Shown here in pieces: positions 28,341 through 38,756 of a stretch of 64,000 bases of DNA (position 1 is the stretch's first letter; each line of letters opens with the position of its first letter). Made by a program: the position numbers and the translations under genes. The notes below the pieces were generated by a model. The model had not been told where the DNA came from, did not search any database, and saw only the letters and a list, made by a program, of their open reading frames with translations. The stretch is from an uncultured delta proteobacterium (GTDB lineage: Bacteria > Desulfobacterota > Binatia > UBA9968), in the NCBI GenBank assembly GCA_963760795.1, contig CAVXEP010000016.1, positions 32,001 through 96,000 on the forward strand. The letters are read 5' to 3'.

Positions 28341-28480
28341 CGATGTTGCCTAAGCGCTCTGTCGTTTCTCCCAAAAGCGGCGCGGGAAGGCAAGGCAAAT
28401 ATTTTATGACAACGATGCGCAGCACTCAGGTTTGCACCGATGGGAAATATCCGTTAGTTTGAAAATCTACCGTTGGCCCA

Positions 28481-29773
28481 TTGGACACCGCATTGGCATC
28501 ACGCAACCCAAGTACCTCGACAACTGCGAATACGTCAAAGCCGAAAGTCGCTTTCGCGGCGCTCAAGCATAAAGACTACCGCTGGTTTCTTATCGCCACC
28601 ATGCTGGCGATGATGGCCGACAACATCGAGCATGTGATCAGCTACTGGGTCTTGTTCCAAAAGTTTCAGTCGCCGGTGCTCGCCGGGTTCGCCGTCATCA
28701 GCCATTGGACGCCGTTTCTCCTGCTGTCGGTCTATTTCGGCGGCTTGGCCGACCGCTACGACTGCCGCAAGCTGATTCAAATCGCGCAAATCATGTACAT
28801 GGGCGTGACGGTGGTGTGGGCGATCTTGTTTTTGACCGATACGATTCAAATCTGGCACGCCTGCGTTCTTCTCATCATTCACGGCATCGCCGGGGTGTTC
28901 TGGACTCCGGCCGAGATTCTCCTGATTCATGATATCGTTGGCGGCGACGATTTGCCGAGCGCGGTCAGGCTTAACGCCACCGCGCGCCAGCTTGGCATTC
29001 TTTTCGGTCCGGCGGTGGGCGGCGCAATGATGTTATGGTTAGGCGCGCCGGCTGGTCTATTGATCAACGCGCTCATCTACGTGCCGTTTACCGTCTGGTT
29101 GATGCTGGTCCCTTACACTGGACACCTGCGCGAGGGCGCGCCGGCGCGCCGCGGGCTGAGATGGCGCGACGCCTTTGCCGTGCTGCGTGAGGTCGCGCAA
29201 CACCGCTCCATCGTGACGATGATTGTCCTCGGCGGCGCGGCGTCGTTGTTCGTCGGTAATGCGTTCCAAGCGAGCATGCCCGAGTTCGCCCATGATCTCG
29301 GCACCGACAAGGCCGACTTTGCCTACAGCGCACTGCTCGCCGCCAATGCCGCCGGTTCGGTTTTCGGCGGGTTTGTCCTCGACGGCAAGCAATGGGTGCC
29401 GCCGACGGTGAAAGCGGCGATCGGCTGCGCGATTCTTTGGTGCCTAACGATGACGGTGTTCGCTTTTTCCACTAGCTATCCGCTGTCGTTGGCGTTGTTG
29501 TTTATCGCCGGCGCGCTCAATCTGGCTTTCTACTCCATCGCACAGACGATTGTTCAACTAGAAGCGCCGATGCATCTGCGCGGCCGCCTGATCGGTCTGT
29601 TTTCGATGTCGGCCTTCGGTCTGCGCGCTTTTAGCGGTGTCACCGTCGGAGTTATCGGCGGTTTGATCGGCGTGCACTGGTCGCTGGCGCTAAGCTCGCT
29701 GGTATTGCTGGCGGTGACGTTGGTTTTGTTTGCCTTTGCGCAAGAACGTCAGCCGATTGTCGAGCCGGGGTGA
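28481..29773 (+). CDS. MFS transporter, tandem paralogue 1
   Basis: MMADNIEHVISYW, GGLADRYDCRK, HDIVG, MPEFAHD. Confidence 0.9.
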   Translation: MDTALASRNPSTSTTANTSKPKVAFAALKHKDYRWFLIATMLAMMADNIEHVISYWVLFQKFQSPVLAGFAVISHWTPFLLLSVYFGGLADRYDCRKLIQIAQIMYMGVTVVWAILFLTDTIQIWHACVLLIIHGIAGVFWTPAEILLIHDIVGGDDLPSAVRLNATARQLGILFGPAVGGAMMLWLGAPAGLLINALIYVPFTVWLMLVPYTGHLREGAPARRGLRWRDAFAVLREVAQHRSIVTMIVLGGAASLFVGNAFQASMPEFAHDLGTDKADFAYSALLAANAAGSVFGGFVLDGKQWVPPTVKAAIGCAILWCLTMTVFAFSTSYPLSLALLFIAGALNLAFYSIAQTIVQLEAPMHLRGRLIGLFSMSAFGLRAFSGVTVGVIGGLIGVHWSLALSSLVLLAVTLVLFAFAQERQPIVEPG

Positions 29774-29861
29774 GTGGGGTTCGCAGTCAAGTCCACCCCG
29801 AGTTTTCGATTCGTGGCAAAGATGATGTTTGAAATCCCGCGCCGTCGACGGAAGTGAAAGC

Positions 29862-29953
29862 CGTCATGCCGGCGCAGGCCGGCATCCATCTTTGCTCCAT
29901 CGATCGCCTCGGTGCCACTATGAAATTATGGATTCCGGCTTCCGCCGGAATGA
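29862..29953. repeat. REP/RPE-like palindromic doublet
   Basis: CGTCATGCCGGCGCAGGCCGGCATCCA ... TGGATTCCGGCTTCCGCCGGAATGA. Confidence 0.8.
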
Positions 29954-30069
29954 TGGAAATTAGAGTCGATGAACTCGCATCCTTCGATTTCAAAGGCGAG
30001 GGTTCACCAATGTACATTTGTTTGCGTCACCCATCGATATTGGCTACTGTCCGAAGATAATCTAAAAGT

Positions 30070-31338
30070 TTGGAGATTGTATTGGCAACTGCTGAACCGC
30101 AAAAAAAGCTTGCCTTCGCGGCGCTGCATCATAAGGATTTTCGCAGTTACTTTTGGACCACGGCGCTGGCGATGATGGCCGACAGTATCGAGCATGTGAT
30201 CAGTTACTGGCTGCTCTATCAAAAATTCCACTCGCCGGTGCTGGCCGGCTTCGCCGTGCTCAGTCACTGGACGCCGTTCCTGTTATTTGCGGTTTATTTC
30301 GGCGCCATGGCAGACCGCTACGATTGCCGCAAGGTCATCCAAGTAGCGCAAATCATGTACATGGGCGTGTCGGCGGCTTGGGCGTTTCTTTTTTGGACCG
30401 ATACGATTGAACTTTGGCATGCCTGCGTGTTGTTGGTCATTCACGGCATGGCCGGCGTGCTCTGGGGGCCCGGCAGCCAATTGCTGATTCACGACATCGT
30501 CGGCCGCGAGCAGTTGCAGAGCGCTATCCGTCTCAACTCGACAAGCCGGCAATTGGGTATTCTCTTCGGTCCCGCGGTGGGCGGCGGATTGATGTTGATC
30601 TTCAGTCCCGCGGTCGGCTTGGTGGTGAACACGTTAATATATTTGCCGCTGACGATCTGGCTCCTGACCGTGCCCTACACCGGTCACAGCCGCGCGGGTG
30701 CGGCGCCGGCGCGGCGCGCCATTGGTTGGGGCGATGCGCTTCAGGTGCTCCGTGAAGTCGCCAATAATCGGCCGATCGTCACCATGGTCATTCTTGGCGG
30801 CTGCGTGTCGTTCTTTGTCGGCACCGCTTTCCAAGCAACCATGCCCGAGTTCGCCCATGACCTTGGCACCGAAAAGGCCGGGTTTGCCTACAGCGCGCTG
30901 CTCGGCGCCAACGCCGCGGGCGCGGTCGTCGGCGGCTTTCTCCTCGAAGGCCGAGCGTGGCTGCCGCCCAGCGTCAAGACGGCGTTCATCAGCGCGATCC
31001 TGTGGTGCGTCGCCATCGCGTCCTTCGCGCTTTCGGAAAATTATTACATGTCCTTGATACTGCTCTTTTGTGCGGGCGTGTTAAATCTGACGTTTTCCTC
31101 GATGGCCCAGACCATCGTCCAGTTGCGCTCGCCGGCGCCGCTGCGCGGCCGGGTGATCGGCCTATACTCGATGGCGAGCATGGGGTTCAAGGCGTTTAGC
31201 GGGATCACGGTGGGCGTGGTCGGCGGCTTGATCGGCGTGCACTGGTCGTTGGCGCTGAGCGCGATGGTGCTCATGACGATAACACTGGTTCTTTTCGCCT
31301 TCGCGATTCCCGGCTTGAGGCAAGGGGAGTCGGGCTAG
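30070..31338 (+). CDS. MFS transporter, tandem paralogue 2
   Basis: MMADSIEHVISYW, GAMADRYDCRK, MPEFAHD. Confidence 0.9.
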   Translation: MEIVLATAEPQKKLAFAALHHKDFRSYFWTTALAMMADSIEHVISYWLLYQKFHSPVLAGFAVLSHWTPFLLFAVYFGAMADRYDCRKVIQVAQIMYMGVSAAWAFLFWTDTIELWHACVLLVIHGMAGVLWGPGSQLLIHDIVGREQLQSAIRLNSTSRQLGILFGPAVGGGLMLIFSPAVGLVVNTLIYLPLTIWLLTVPYTGHSRAGAAPARRAIGWGDALQVLREVANNRPIVTMVILGGCVSFFVGTAFQATMPEFAHDLGTEKAGFAYSALLGANAAGAVVGGFLLEGRAWLPPSVKTAFISAILWCVAIASFALSENYYMSLILLFCAGVLNLTFSSMAQTIVQLRSPAPLRGRVIGLYSMASMGFKAFSGITVGVVGGLIGVHWSLALSAMVLMTITLVLFAFAIPGLRQGESG

Positions 31339-31425
31339 TCTGTTCACAACCTTCGAACCGTTCAAAACGTTTGAGGCTCGATAGATTTGACCCGTCGTGG
31401 CAAGTCCCAGCGAGTAATTTGACGA

Positions 31426-32706
31426 ATGACTGCAAAAACTAATTCTCCGAGGGATGCGCCGGCAGCCATATCCGCCGGCCGTGTCGCTTTCGCCGCGCTG
31501 CACCATCCCGACTATCGCAAATATTTTGTCGTCATCATGTTGGCGCAGATGGGCGACAACATCGAGCATGTAATCAGCTACTGGCTGCTCTACCAAAAAT
31601 TTCACTCGCCGGTGCTGGCCGGGTTTGCCGTCATCAGCCACTGGACGCCGTTTCTATTTTTCGCCGTCTATTTCGGCGCGTTGGCGGATCGCCATGATTG
31701 CCGCCGGCTGATCCAAACCGCCCAAGCCATGTACGGCTTGGTATCGCTTACCTGGGGCATCTTATTTCTCACCGACACTATCGAAGTTTGGCATGCCTGC
31801 GCGCTGCTTGTGCTCCACGGCCTGTCGGGCGTCTTGGGCCAGCCCGCTAGCCAACTGATCATTCACGACATCGTCGGCCGGGAATATTTGCAAAGCGCGG
31901 TGCGGTTGAACTCCACGGGACGCAACATCGCGGTTCTTTTCGGTCCCGCCGTTGGCGGTGCGACGATGCTTTGGTTCGGCGGGCCGGCCGGTCTGTTTAT
32001 CAATGTATTGATGTACCTGCCGACGATTCTCTACCTGTTCATCCTGCCCTACACCGGCCATGGCCGGGATGAGCCGAATGCGCCGACAGCCGGCCGGGTA
32101 AGTCTCCGCAGCGCGCTGCAATTGTTGCGCGAAACCGCGTCCAATCCGACGATCCTGTCGATGATCTTGTTGGGCGGCGCCACGTCGTTGCTCGTCGGTA
32201 ATGCATTTCAAGCGCAGATGCCGGAGTTTGCCCATGACTTTGGCCACGATAAGCAAGACTTGGCGTACAGCATGTTGCTCGGCGCCAATGCCGCCGGCGC
32301 GGCGGTCGGAGGCTTGCTCCTGGAAGGCACCGGTTGGCTCAAGGCTAATGCGCGTAACGCATCGATCTGTTCGATCCTGTGGTGCATGACCATCGTCGGC
32401 TTCGCCGCCGCGACCAACTACATACTCGCGTTGACGCTGCTTTTTGGCTCCGGGATGCTCAACCTGGCGTTTCTCTCGATGGCGCAGACGCTGGTGCAGT
32501 TGCAAGCGCCGCCGCAGTTGCGCGGTCGACTGATCGGCCTGTTCAATACTTCGAACAACGGCCTGCGCGCCTTCAGCGGCGTCACGGTCGGCGTCGTCGG
32601 CGGACTGATCGGCATTCACTGGTCGTTAGCGATCAGCGCCATGGTGTTGTTGGCAGTGACCATCGCGCTCTTCGCCCTGGTGATTCCCAGCCGGAGCGCG
32701 GAGTAG
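31426..32706 (+). CDS. MFS transporter, tandem paralogue 3
   Basis: QMGDNIEHVISYW, GALADRHDCRR, MPEFAHD. Confidence 0.9.
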   Translation: MTAKTNSPRDAPAAISAGRVAFAALHHPDYRKYFVVIMLAQMGDNIEHVISYWLLYQKFHSPVLAGFAVISHWTPFLFFAVYFGALADRHDCRRLIQTAQAMYGLVSLTWGILFLTDTIEVWHACALLVLHGLSGVLGQPASQLIIHDIVGREYLQSAVRLNSTGRNIAVLFGPAVGGATMLWFGGPAGLFINVLMYLPTILYLFILPYTGHGRDEPNAPTAGRVSLRSALQLLRETASNPTILSMILLGGATSLLVGNAFQAQMPEFAHDFGHDKQDLAYSMLLGANAAGAAVGGLLLEGTGWLKANARNASICSILWCMTIVGFAAATNYILALTLLFGSGMLNLAFLSMAQTLVQLQAPPQLRGRLIGLFNTSNNGLRAFSGVTVGVVGGLIGIHWSLAISAMVLLAVTIALFALVIPSRSAE

Positions 32707-32757
32707 TAGCAGTCGAAAATAAAGCAAGGATTGTGAAAGGTCTTTGGATTTTCTCTG

Positions 32758-33717
32758 CTAAGCTGCTTGATGGGCGCTTTGGAGGCGGAACTCGTTGTTC
32801 TTGAGGGCGCGGTAGCTTTCGAGCAGTTGATTCTTTTCCGCTTCTGAGATGCCCAACTGCGGGCGGCGCACGGTGGCGGTTTTGATCAGTCCTTCGTAGT
32901 GCAGCACGACTTTGATGCGCGCGACGGCTTCGACGATCGGTTCGCTGAAGACCAATTCTTTCACCGACTCCAGTTCTTCTTGTATTCTAAAAGCTTCGTC
33001 GAACCTACCGGCACGGCCGGCGAAATCCATGGCGCCCCATTTTTCGGTGGCGACGTTGGCGACGCCGATGAGCGCGCCGTTGGCGCCCAATTGATAACAC
33101 TCGGCGACGAAACGGTCGTTGCCGGTGAGGATTCTCATCGGCGGATTTGTCGCGCTGTAGTTGCTTGGCGGTGCTGGTAAATAATTCTTTATCGAACGAA
33201 GCTTCTTTGAAGGCGACGACATTGTCCAGCCGGGCGATGCGGCAGATGGTGTCGGGATCGTAGTAGTAGCTTTTTACCGGTATCTGAAACAGCACGACGG
33301 GGAGCTTGGTTTCGCGCGCCAGATCTTCGAAGAAGCGCACTTTCAGATTGTTATCGACCTTGCCCCAGGAGAACAGCAGTGGCGGAAAAATCATCACGCC
33401 GTCGACCGCGAGATTTTCCAGATCGTTCATCAGCGCCACCGCTTCGTCGGTGGACTGGGGCGCGATGGCGGCGATGTGGACTTTGCCGGCATCGCGGGCG
33501 ATCTTGCCGCAGACTTCGTAGACCTGGCGTTTTTCCTGAATGGATAAAACCGGGCTCTCGCCGATGCGCGCGCAGGAAACCAGGCCGGCGACACCGGGAG
33601 GGCGGCAAGATGTTTGGTCAACCGGCTTAAGCTCTCGCCATCCAAGGAGCCGTCGTGGTTAAACGGTGTAACGTAGGGGATAAATAGACCGGTGAATTTG
33701 TCGTGAATCGCTGCCAT
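32758..33717 (-). CDS. DHDPS/DapA-like class I aldolase family protein (frameshifts near 33600 and 33150)
   Basis: GLFIPYVTPFNHDGSLD, reconstructed GLVSCARIGE, DGVMIFPP, LFQIP, Schiff-base FKEAS, LTGNDRF, VRRPQ; GGAGG RBS. Confidence 0.85.
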
Positions 33718-33817
33718 GAGATCCTCCAGGGAGAGCGCTTGAATTTGCCGCAGAGCCAAGTAGAACAGAATCCGCCAATGGGTTCAAGTTTTACTTGGTT
33801 TGGGAGCATAGAAGACT

Positions 33818-35373
33818 ATGATCAAACAGATTTCACCCAGCGATACGTCCCAGTTGACGGCATCAGATGGCTTGTTCGCGGTCTTCGACGTGCGCGAACG
33901 CGGCGAGTACAACGACGGCCAGATTCCGCATGCGACTTCGTTGCCGCGCAGCCAGATCGAGTTTCGCATCGACGCTTTGGTGCCTAACCGAAAAGTACCG
34001 ATCGTCGTCTACGACGAGGGCGGAAGGCGGGCGGAACTGGCTGCCGATACCCTGGCTGATCTCGGATATCAGGATGTGGCAGTTATGCGCGGTGGCTTAG
34101 GCGCATGGGAGAAGGAGCAACGGCAGACCGTCAGCGGCGTCAACGTGCCGAGCAAGGCGTTCGGCGAGCGAGTGCATCACGAGCGCGCAGTGCCGGACTT
34201 GTCGCCGGAGGAGCTGAAATCGTTGCTCGACAGCAACAGCGACTTGACGATCCTCGATGTTCGCACGCCGGAGGAATACGGCAGGTTTTGCATACCCGGT
34301 GGCATCAATGTTCCGGGCGGTGAATTAATTCTCTGGGCCGAAGAATTGCGCCACAAGCCGGCGGTAATCGTCAATTGCGCCGGACGGACGCGCAGTATCA
34401 TCGGCGCCGCGGCGTTGCGCCGTATGGGCTTGACCAACGTGCGCGCGCTGCGCAACGGCACCATGGGCTGGGTGTTGGCGGGATATGACTTGGAAACCAA
34501 GCCAGCACCAAAATGCAGTGGTACCGCAAAACCAGAGTCAAGCGATTGCGGTGGCACTGGAGATCGCAGGCGATGAAAAGATTGCCTGGACCACGCCGGA
34601 GCAACTCGTTGATCTAATTGCGCATGCCGCCGATGGTGTCAATTACATCATCGACGTGCGTTCCGAGGCCGAGTTTGCCGCCGGTCATATTGCGGGTGCG
34701 CTCAATGTCCCGGGCGGACAAGCCGTGCAGCGTGCCGATGATTTTGTCCCGGTGCGCAACGGTCATATCGTGTTTGTCAGTAATCAATCGGCGCGCGCCG
34801 TGATGGCGGCATACTGGTATGGGCAGATGGGATTCAAGCATGTCAGCGTCCTGCAAGGCGGCCTGGAAGCCTGGCCGGGGAGCGGCGGAAAGCTTGTTAC
34901 TGTTGTGACAGCGGCTGAGCCGTTGGGCTTCGACTTGGCAAAGCGTAGCGCGCGGATTATCGATGCGACAAAGCTGCGGCAGCTGAGCAGCGAAGGGTCG
35001 TTGATCCTCGATGTCAGTACCAGCTTGGAATATGAAAGCGCTCACATCCCGGGAGCCGAGTGGATTTCCCGTGGCTGGATTGACATCAAGCTGCCGGAGC
35101 TGGTCCCAGATCGCACGCAGCCGATTGTTCTGACCTGCGCCGATGGGCGGCACTCGATCTTCGCGGCGCGCCAGCTTGCACAGACTTGCTTACAGCGATG
35201 TACAGGTTCTCGACGCTGGTGTGCGCGGTTGGATGGCTGCCGGACTTGAAACCGCCGCGGGCCTGGAAAAATGCTTGGTCAAAGCCAATGACGTTGTGTT
35301 GTCGCCGTCAATCCGCGGCAACAAGGAAGATATGCTGAATTATTTGAATTGGGAGCTGAAGCTGAAGCACTAA
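33818..35373 (+). CDS. Four-domain rhodanese/sulfurtransferase (frameshifts near 34510 and 35190)
   Basis: DVRERGEY, SGVNVPSKAFGE, DVRTPEEY..VNCAGRTRS, DVRSEAEFAAGHI..PGGQ, HIPGAEW, ending YLNWELKL. Confidence 0.88.
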
Positions 35374-35437
35374 CCTGGGATCGGCTCTCCCGCCGTAGAC
35401 CTCGTCGTGGCACTATTCCCAGCCGAGTGATTGCGTC

Positions 35438-36005
35438 TCAACAATTGTCGTACTTGGCGCTGGCGAAAAATTTGACCGAGCGACTGACTAATGTCGAATT
35501 GCAGACGTTGCATGTTGGCCAGGTCCTTGCCGTAGACATGAACCTCCACAGTATTTTTTTGCGTGGTGTTGAGCATCTGGTGGATGTCGTCGTCCGGCGC
35601 GACTAGAGTTGAAACCGTTCCCGCCTTGTTGCTGTTGACTCCGGTTGGCTCTAGTTCGGCGTAACCTGCTTTGCTGCCGTCGTCGCGGCGCTTGAAGCGG
35701 GTTTCCTGCAACTCATTATCCACCACGCCCACCAGCCCCCAGGTGTCATGGTTATGGGCTTTGGCGCCGTCGCCCGGACCCCAGACCACCGAGGTGACAT
35801 TGAACAACCGCGCGCGGTGCAGCATGTAGCGGCCGTAGGTCTTGCCGCCATGGCGTTTGAACTGCGGCTCGATGCAGGCGGGATCTTTGACCAATTCCGC
35901 GAGCAGCGGTTTGGCCACGGCGACGATTTTCTCCTGCTCCTGGTAGCGGCCGGTGATGTCGGTTAAATCTTTAATGAATTGTTGCAGCGAGTAAGGTGAG
36001 TTCAC
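35438..36005 (-). CDS. Cysteine dioxygenase type I / 3-mercaptopropionate dioxygenase-like cupin (probable frameshift near 35490)
   Basis: VVWGPG..AHNHDTWG, DIHQMLN, EVHVYG; an alternative frame gives a natural end VSRSVKFFASAKYDNC*. Confidence 0.82.
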
Positions 36006-36153
36006 TTTGATTTACACCACCACGGACATGAAATTCACGAAGTCAAAAAAGTGAGGGCGGGTTAAGTACCCGCCCTCTGATTTCCATTTTGCGATCTATG
36101 CGTGGCTCAGTTCCTTCGCATCCGCGCAGGACAAGCTTTGCGGCCAATCGTTC

Positions 36154-37206
36154 TTACGCCGCCTGCTTTTGCACGCGCGGCAGTTTCGATGCGTCGATGT
36201 CATAGAGCCGGCAGACGTTGTCGCAGACGACTTTGCGTTGCGTCTCTTCCGGCAAGTGGCCGAGATCGCGTTGGATGATCTTGATCGAGTTCGGCCAGGT
36301 GGAATTGGGATGCGGGAAATCGTTGGACCACATGATGTTGTCCTGGCCCCAGAAGGCCAGGTTCTCGCCGCAGACATGGTCGTTGAAGAAGCAGGCGAAG
36401 ATCTGATCCTTGATATAGCTGCTGGGGTTGCGCGAGAAGGCCGGCGGATTCTCTTTCTTGAAGCGATTGTAGTAGTAATCCCACTGCTGAAACATCCATG
36501 GCATCCAGCCCGATTCATTTTCCACCGAGACGATTTTGAGCTTGGGATTTCGTTCGAGGACGCCGCAGAAGACCAGCTCGAACAACGCGTTGGCGATGTC
36601 CATCAGCTTTAGATTGACGCTGCCGCGATAGCGCTCGACGCCCTTGCGGTTTTTGTCCTTGTTGTAGCTGTGGCCGGTGAGGATATGCAGGCTCACCGGC
36701 GCCTCGAGATCGGCGCAGGCGGCCCAGAACTTTTCATAATGGTCGGAGGTGAAGGGGATGTCTTTGTGCGGCGCCTGCCAGATGATCGCGCCCTTCAATC
36801 CGGCCTTGTGGCAACGCTCAAGCTCCTTGATGCCGTTGTCGACGTTATAAACCGCGATGGCGGGAATGCCGATCAACCGGGCCGGGCCGGCGCTGCAGTA
36901 GTCGATGAGCCAGTCGTTGTAGACGCGAAAGCATTCTTCTTGCAGTCCGGCGTCGTCGAGGCCGAAAAGGTCCAAACCTAGCGTCGGATAAAGCACCTCG
37001 GCGCTCAAGCCGTCGGATTCCATTTCGCGCATGCGCGCGTTGGCATCCCAGCCGCCTGCATGTTGCTGGAACCCTTCGCCGACCTGGTGCGGCGGAAACA
37101 GCGGCGCGGTGTCGCGGTATTTTGCCGACACGCCTTTTTTCCATAGGTCTACCGGTTCCATGACATGGGAATCGGATGAAATGATGAGATCGCTGACAAA
37201 AGCCAT
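36154..37206 (-). CDS. Amidohydrolase_2 family metalloenzyme
   Basis: ISSDSHVMEP, VSLHILTG, VENESGW, WSNDFPHPNSTWP; AGGAGG RBS. Confidence 0.92.
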   Translation of the reverse strand: MAFVSDLIISSDSHVMEPVDLWKKGVSAKYRDTAPLFPPHQVGEGFQQHAGGWDANARMREMESDGLSAEVLYPTLGLDLFGLDDAGLQEECFRVYNDWLIDYCSAGPARLIGIPAIAVYNVDNGIKELERCHKAGLKGAIIWQAPHKDIPFTSDHYEKFWAACADLEAPVSLHILTGHSYNKDKNRKGVERYRGSVNLKLMDIANALFELVFCGVLERNPKLKIVSVENESGWMPWMFQQWDYYYNRFKKENPPAFSRNPSSYIKDQIFACFFNDHVCGENLAFWGQDNIMWSNDFPHPNSTWPNSIKIIQRDLGHLPEETQRKVVCDNVCRLYDIDASKLPRVQKQAA

Positions 37207-37244
37207 ATATCGATCCTCCTTGATTTGGGACGATTGAGGGATTT

Positions 37245-37275
37245 AGCCGCACCTTAATAGATAGAAGGTGCGGCT
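37245..37275. terminator. Perfect 11-bp inverted repeat (terminator or operator)
   Basis: AGCCGCACCTT-AATAGATAG-AAGGTGCGGCT, abutting a TTGACA on the minus strand. Confidence 0.45.
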
Positions 37276-37296
37276 GTCAATTGGCGAAAGACGAGC

Positions 37297-37373
37297 TGGA
37301 GTGATGGAGTAATGGAGTGGTGGAGTGTTGGGTCTCGGTCGGAACCCAGTACTCCAATACTCCATTACTCCAG
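37297..37373. repeat. 8-bp-period inverted tandem repeat (TGGAGTRn / TACTCCA)
   Basis: tggagtgatggagtaatggagtggtggagtgttgg ... ccagtactccaatactccattactcca; half copy at 43700-43727. Confidence 0.8.
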
Positions 37374-38024
37374 TTATTCATTCTCGTCCGGTTTGCGCCA
37401 GACCGATGCCAACCATGGTTGTTGTTCGCGCGGTAAGCCGGCGGGGCGGTAGTAGTGATCTATCAAGGTGAAGCCGGCACCCGTAACCAGGGCTTGCCAA
37501 GTTTGCCAATCATGGTAGGCACCGAAGCGTTCGCCGTTCCAGCCCTCCTGGTCGTCACCGCGCGGGTTGGAGCTGAACAGCACGCCATTGGCTTTCAAAG
37601 TCGCCCACAGTTCTTTTAAGACACGCGGCAACTCTTGGCTGGGCACATGGAACAGCGCAGCGTTGGCGAAGATGCCGTCGAAATATTCCGCCGGCAATTG
37701 CAGCGTGAGAAAATCCTGATGCCAGACTTCGCAGCCAGTGAAGTTGCGCGCCATCTCGGCGAAGCGCGCCGAGCCGTCGAGACCGACGGGCTCATGGCCC
37801 AAATCTTTGAAGGCCTTCAAGTCGCGGCCGGGGCCACAGCCGAAGTCGAGGATGCGAAAGGGTGGCGTGCCGACCATCGCTTGCGACAATGCCTGGATGT
37901 TTTGGCTGACGTCATGGTCGCGGGTATCGCGCCAAAAAATTTCGGCGCGCCGATCGTAGTGGTTGACCGTGACCGTTGAAATGCGGCCGAGCTCTGCGCT
38001 GCTAAGTTTGGGATCCCTGACCAT
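37374..38024 (-). CDS. Class I SAM-dependent methyltransferase
   Basis: TRDHDVSQNI, ILDFGCGPGRD, FDGIFANAALFHVP, YYRPAGLPREQQPWLASVWRK. Confidence 0.9.
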   Translation of the reverse strand: MVRDPKLSSAELGRISTVTVNHYDRRAEIFWRDTRDHDVSQNIQALSQAMVGTPPFRILDFGCGPGRDLKAFKDLGHEPVGLDGSARFAEMARNFTGCEVWHQDFLTLQLPAEYFDGIFANAALFHVPSQELPRVLKELWATLKANGVLFSSNPRGDDQEGWNGERFGAYHDWQTWQALVTGAGFTLIDHYYRPAGLPREQQPWLASVWRKPDENE

Positions 38025-38086
38025 GATCGCCTGAACGAACCATGGCCAAATTTTGATTGCAAGAGAAGCCGAGCCAGCGGGAGCGA

Positions 38087-38719
38087 TTAGAAATCGTAGC
38101 CTTCCCAAAGTTCGGAGGGGCCGTTGCGGCGTTGTTGGTCGAGCTGTTGTTGGTTGCGGTACAAGATTACGGTGGTGAGCTTGGCGGACTGCAGTTGGTT
38201 TTGCCGGTCCCAGTATTCGACGACCAGGTGATCGGCATCCTTGCGCAGGTGCTTGAGCCGCCCGTTTTTGCCGTCGACGATCGCCCCCATCGTGCGCAGC
38301 CGTTCGCCTAAACTGTAAATATCGGCGCGCCGGTAATTGTCCAAGCGATACGCCCGATTGAGTTGGTCGAGACGCTGGATCTCGGCGGGCTCGTAGCGGC
38401 GGCTGAAGGACGTGGTGGCCGCCGCCGGCAGTGCCGGCGCGATGCCACGCAGCTTGTTCCAAGCACTGGCAAAGAACCCCTCCGGGATCGTCTCAAATGG
38501 GTTGGGGTGGCTCTCACCGCGCGCTTCGAACACCGTCCCATCGGTCTCAATTTCTAGAACTCTGGGGAATAATTGGGCTAAATCCTGGCCGACGACTCGC
38601 AATGCCGTAGCGTAACTGGGCTCGGCGACCTCGGCCCCGGCGATGGCCGTACCGGCGTCGGCTTGCTGCGGTGACATGAGCGAAATTTTAATCTGCTTTG
38701 CCGGCCAAGGCAACGACAA
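38087..38719 (-). CDS. Conserved hypothetical protein with internal two-fold repeat
   Basis: SYATALRVVGQDL ... SLGERLRTMGAIVD; co-oriented with its neighbours; start may be the ATG near 38677. Confidence 0.7.
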   Translation of the reverse strand: MSLPWPAKQIKISLMSPQQADAGTAIAGAEVAEPSYATALRVVGQDLAQLFPRVLEIETDGTVFEARGESHPNPFETIPEGFFASAWNKLRGIAPALPAAATTSFSRRYEPAEIQRLDQLNRAYRLDNYRRADIYSLGERLRTMGAIVDGKNGRLKHLRKDADHLVVEYWDRQNQLQSAKLTTVILYRNQQQLDQQRRNGPSELWEGYDF

Positions 38720-38756
38720 AATAATCTGCGTGCTCGAATGTGCGAGGCGGACCTGG

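Noticed and set aside
35438-35445. Second selenocysteine at the CDO C-terminus (..DNC-TGA)
   Set aside because: Depends on a frameshift repair, has no evident SECIS hairpin and little open sequence beyond; an ordinary stop is more likely
37374-38462. 362-aa methyltransferase and other long N-terminal extensions in the ORF track (e.g. 57842, 17201, 18382)
   Set aside because: The extensions overlap neighbouring genes or repeats; downstream starts fit RBS positions and domain boundaries better
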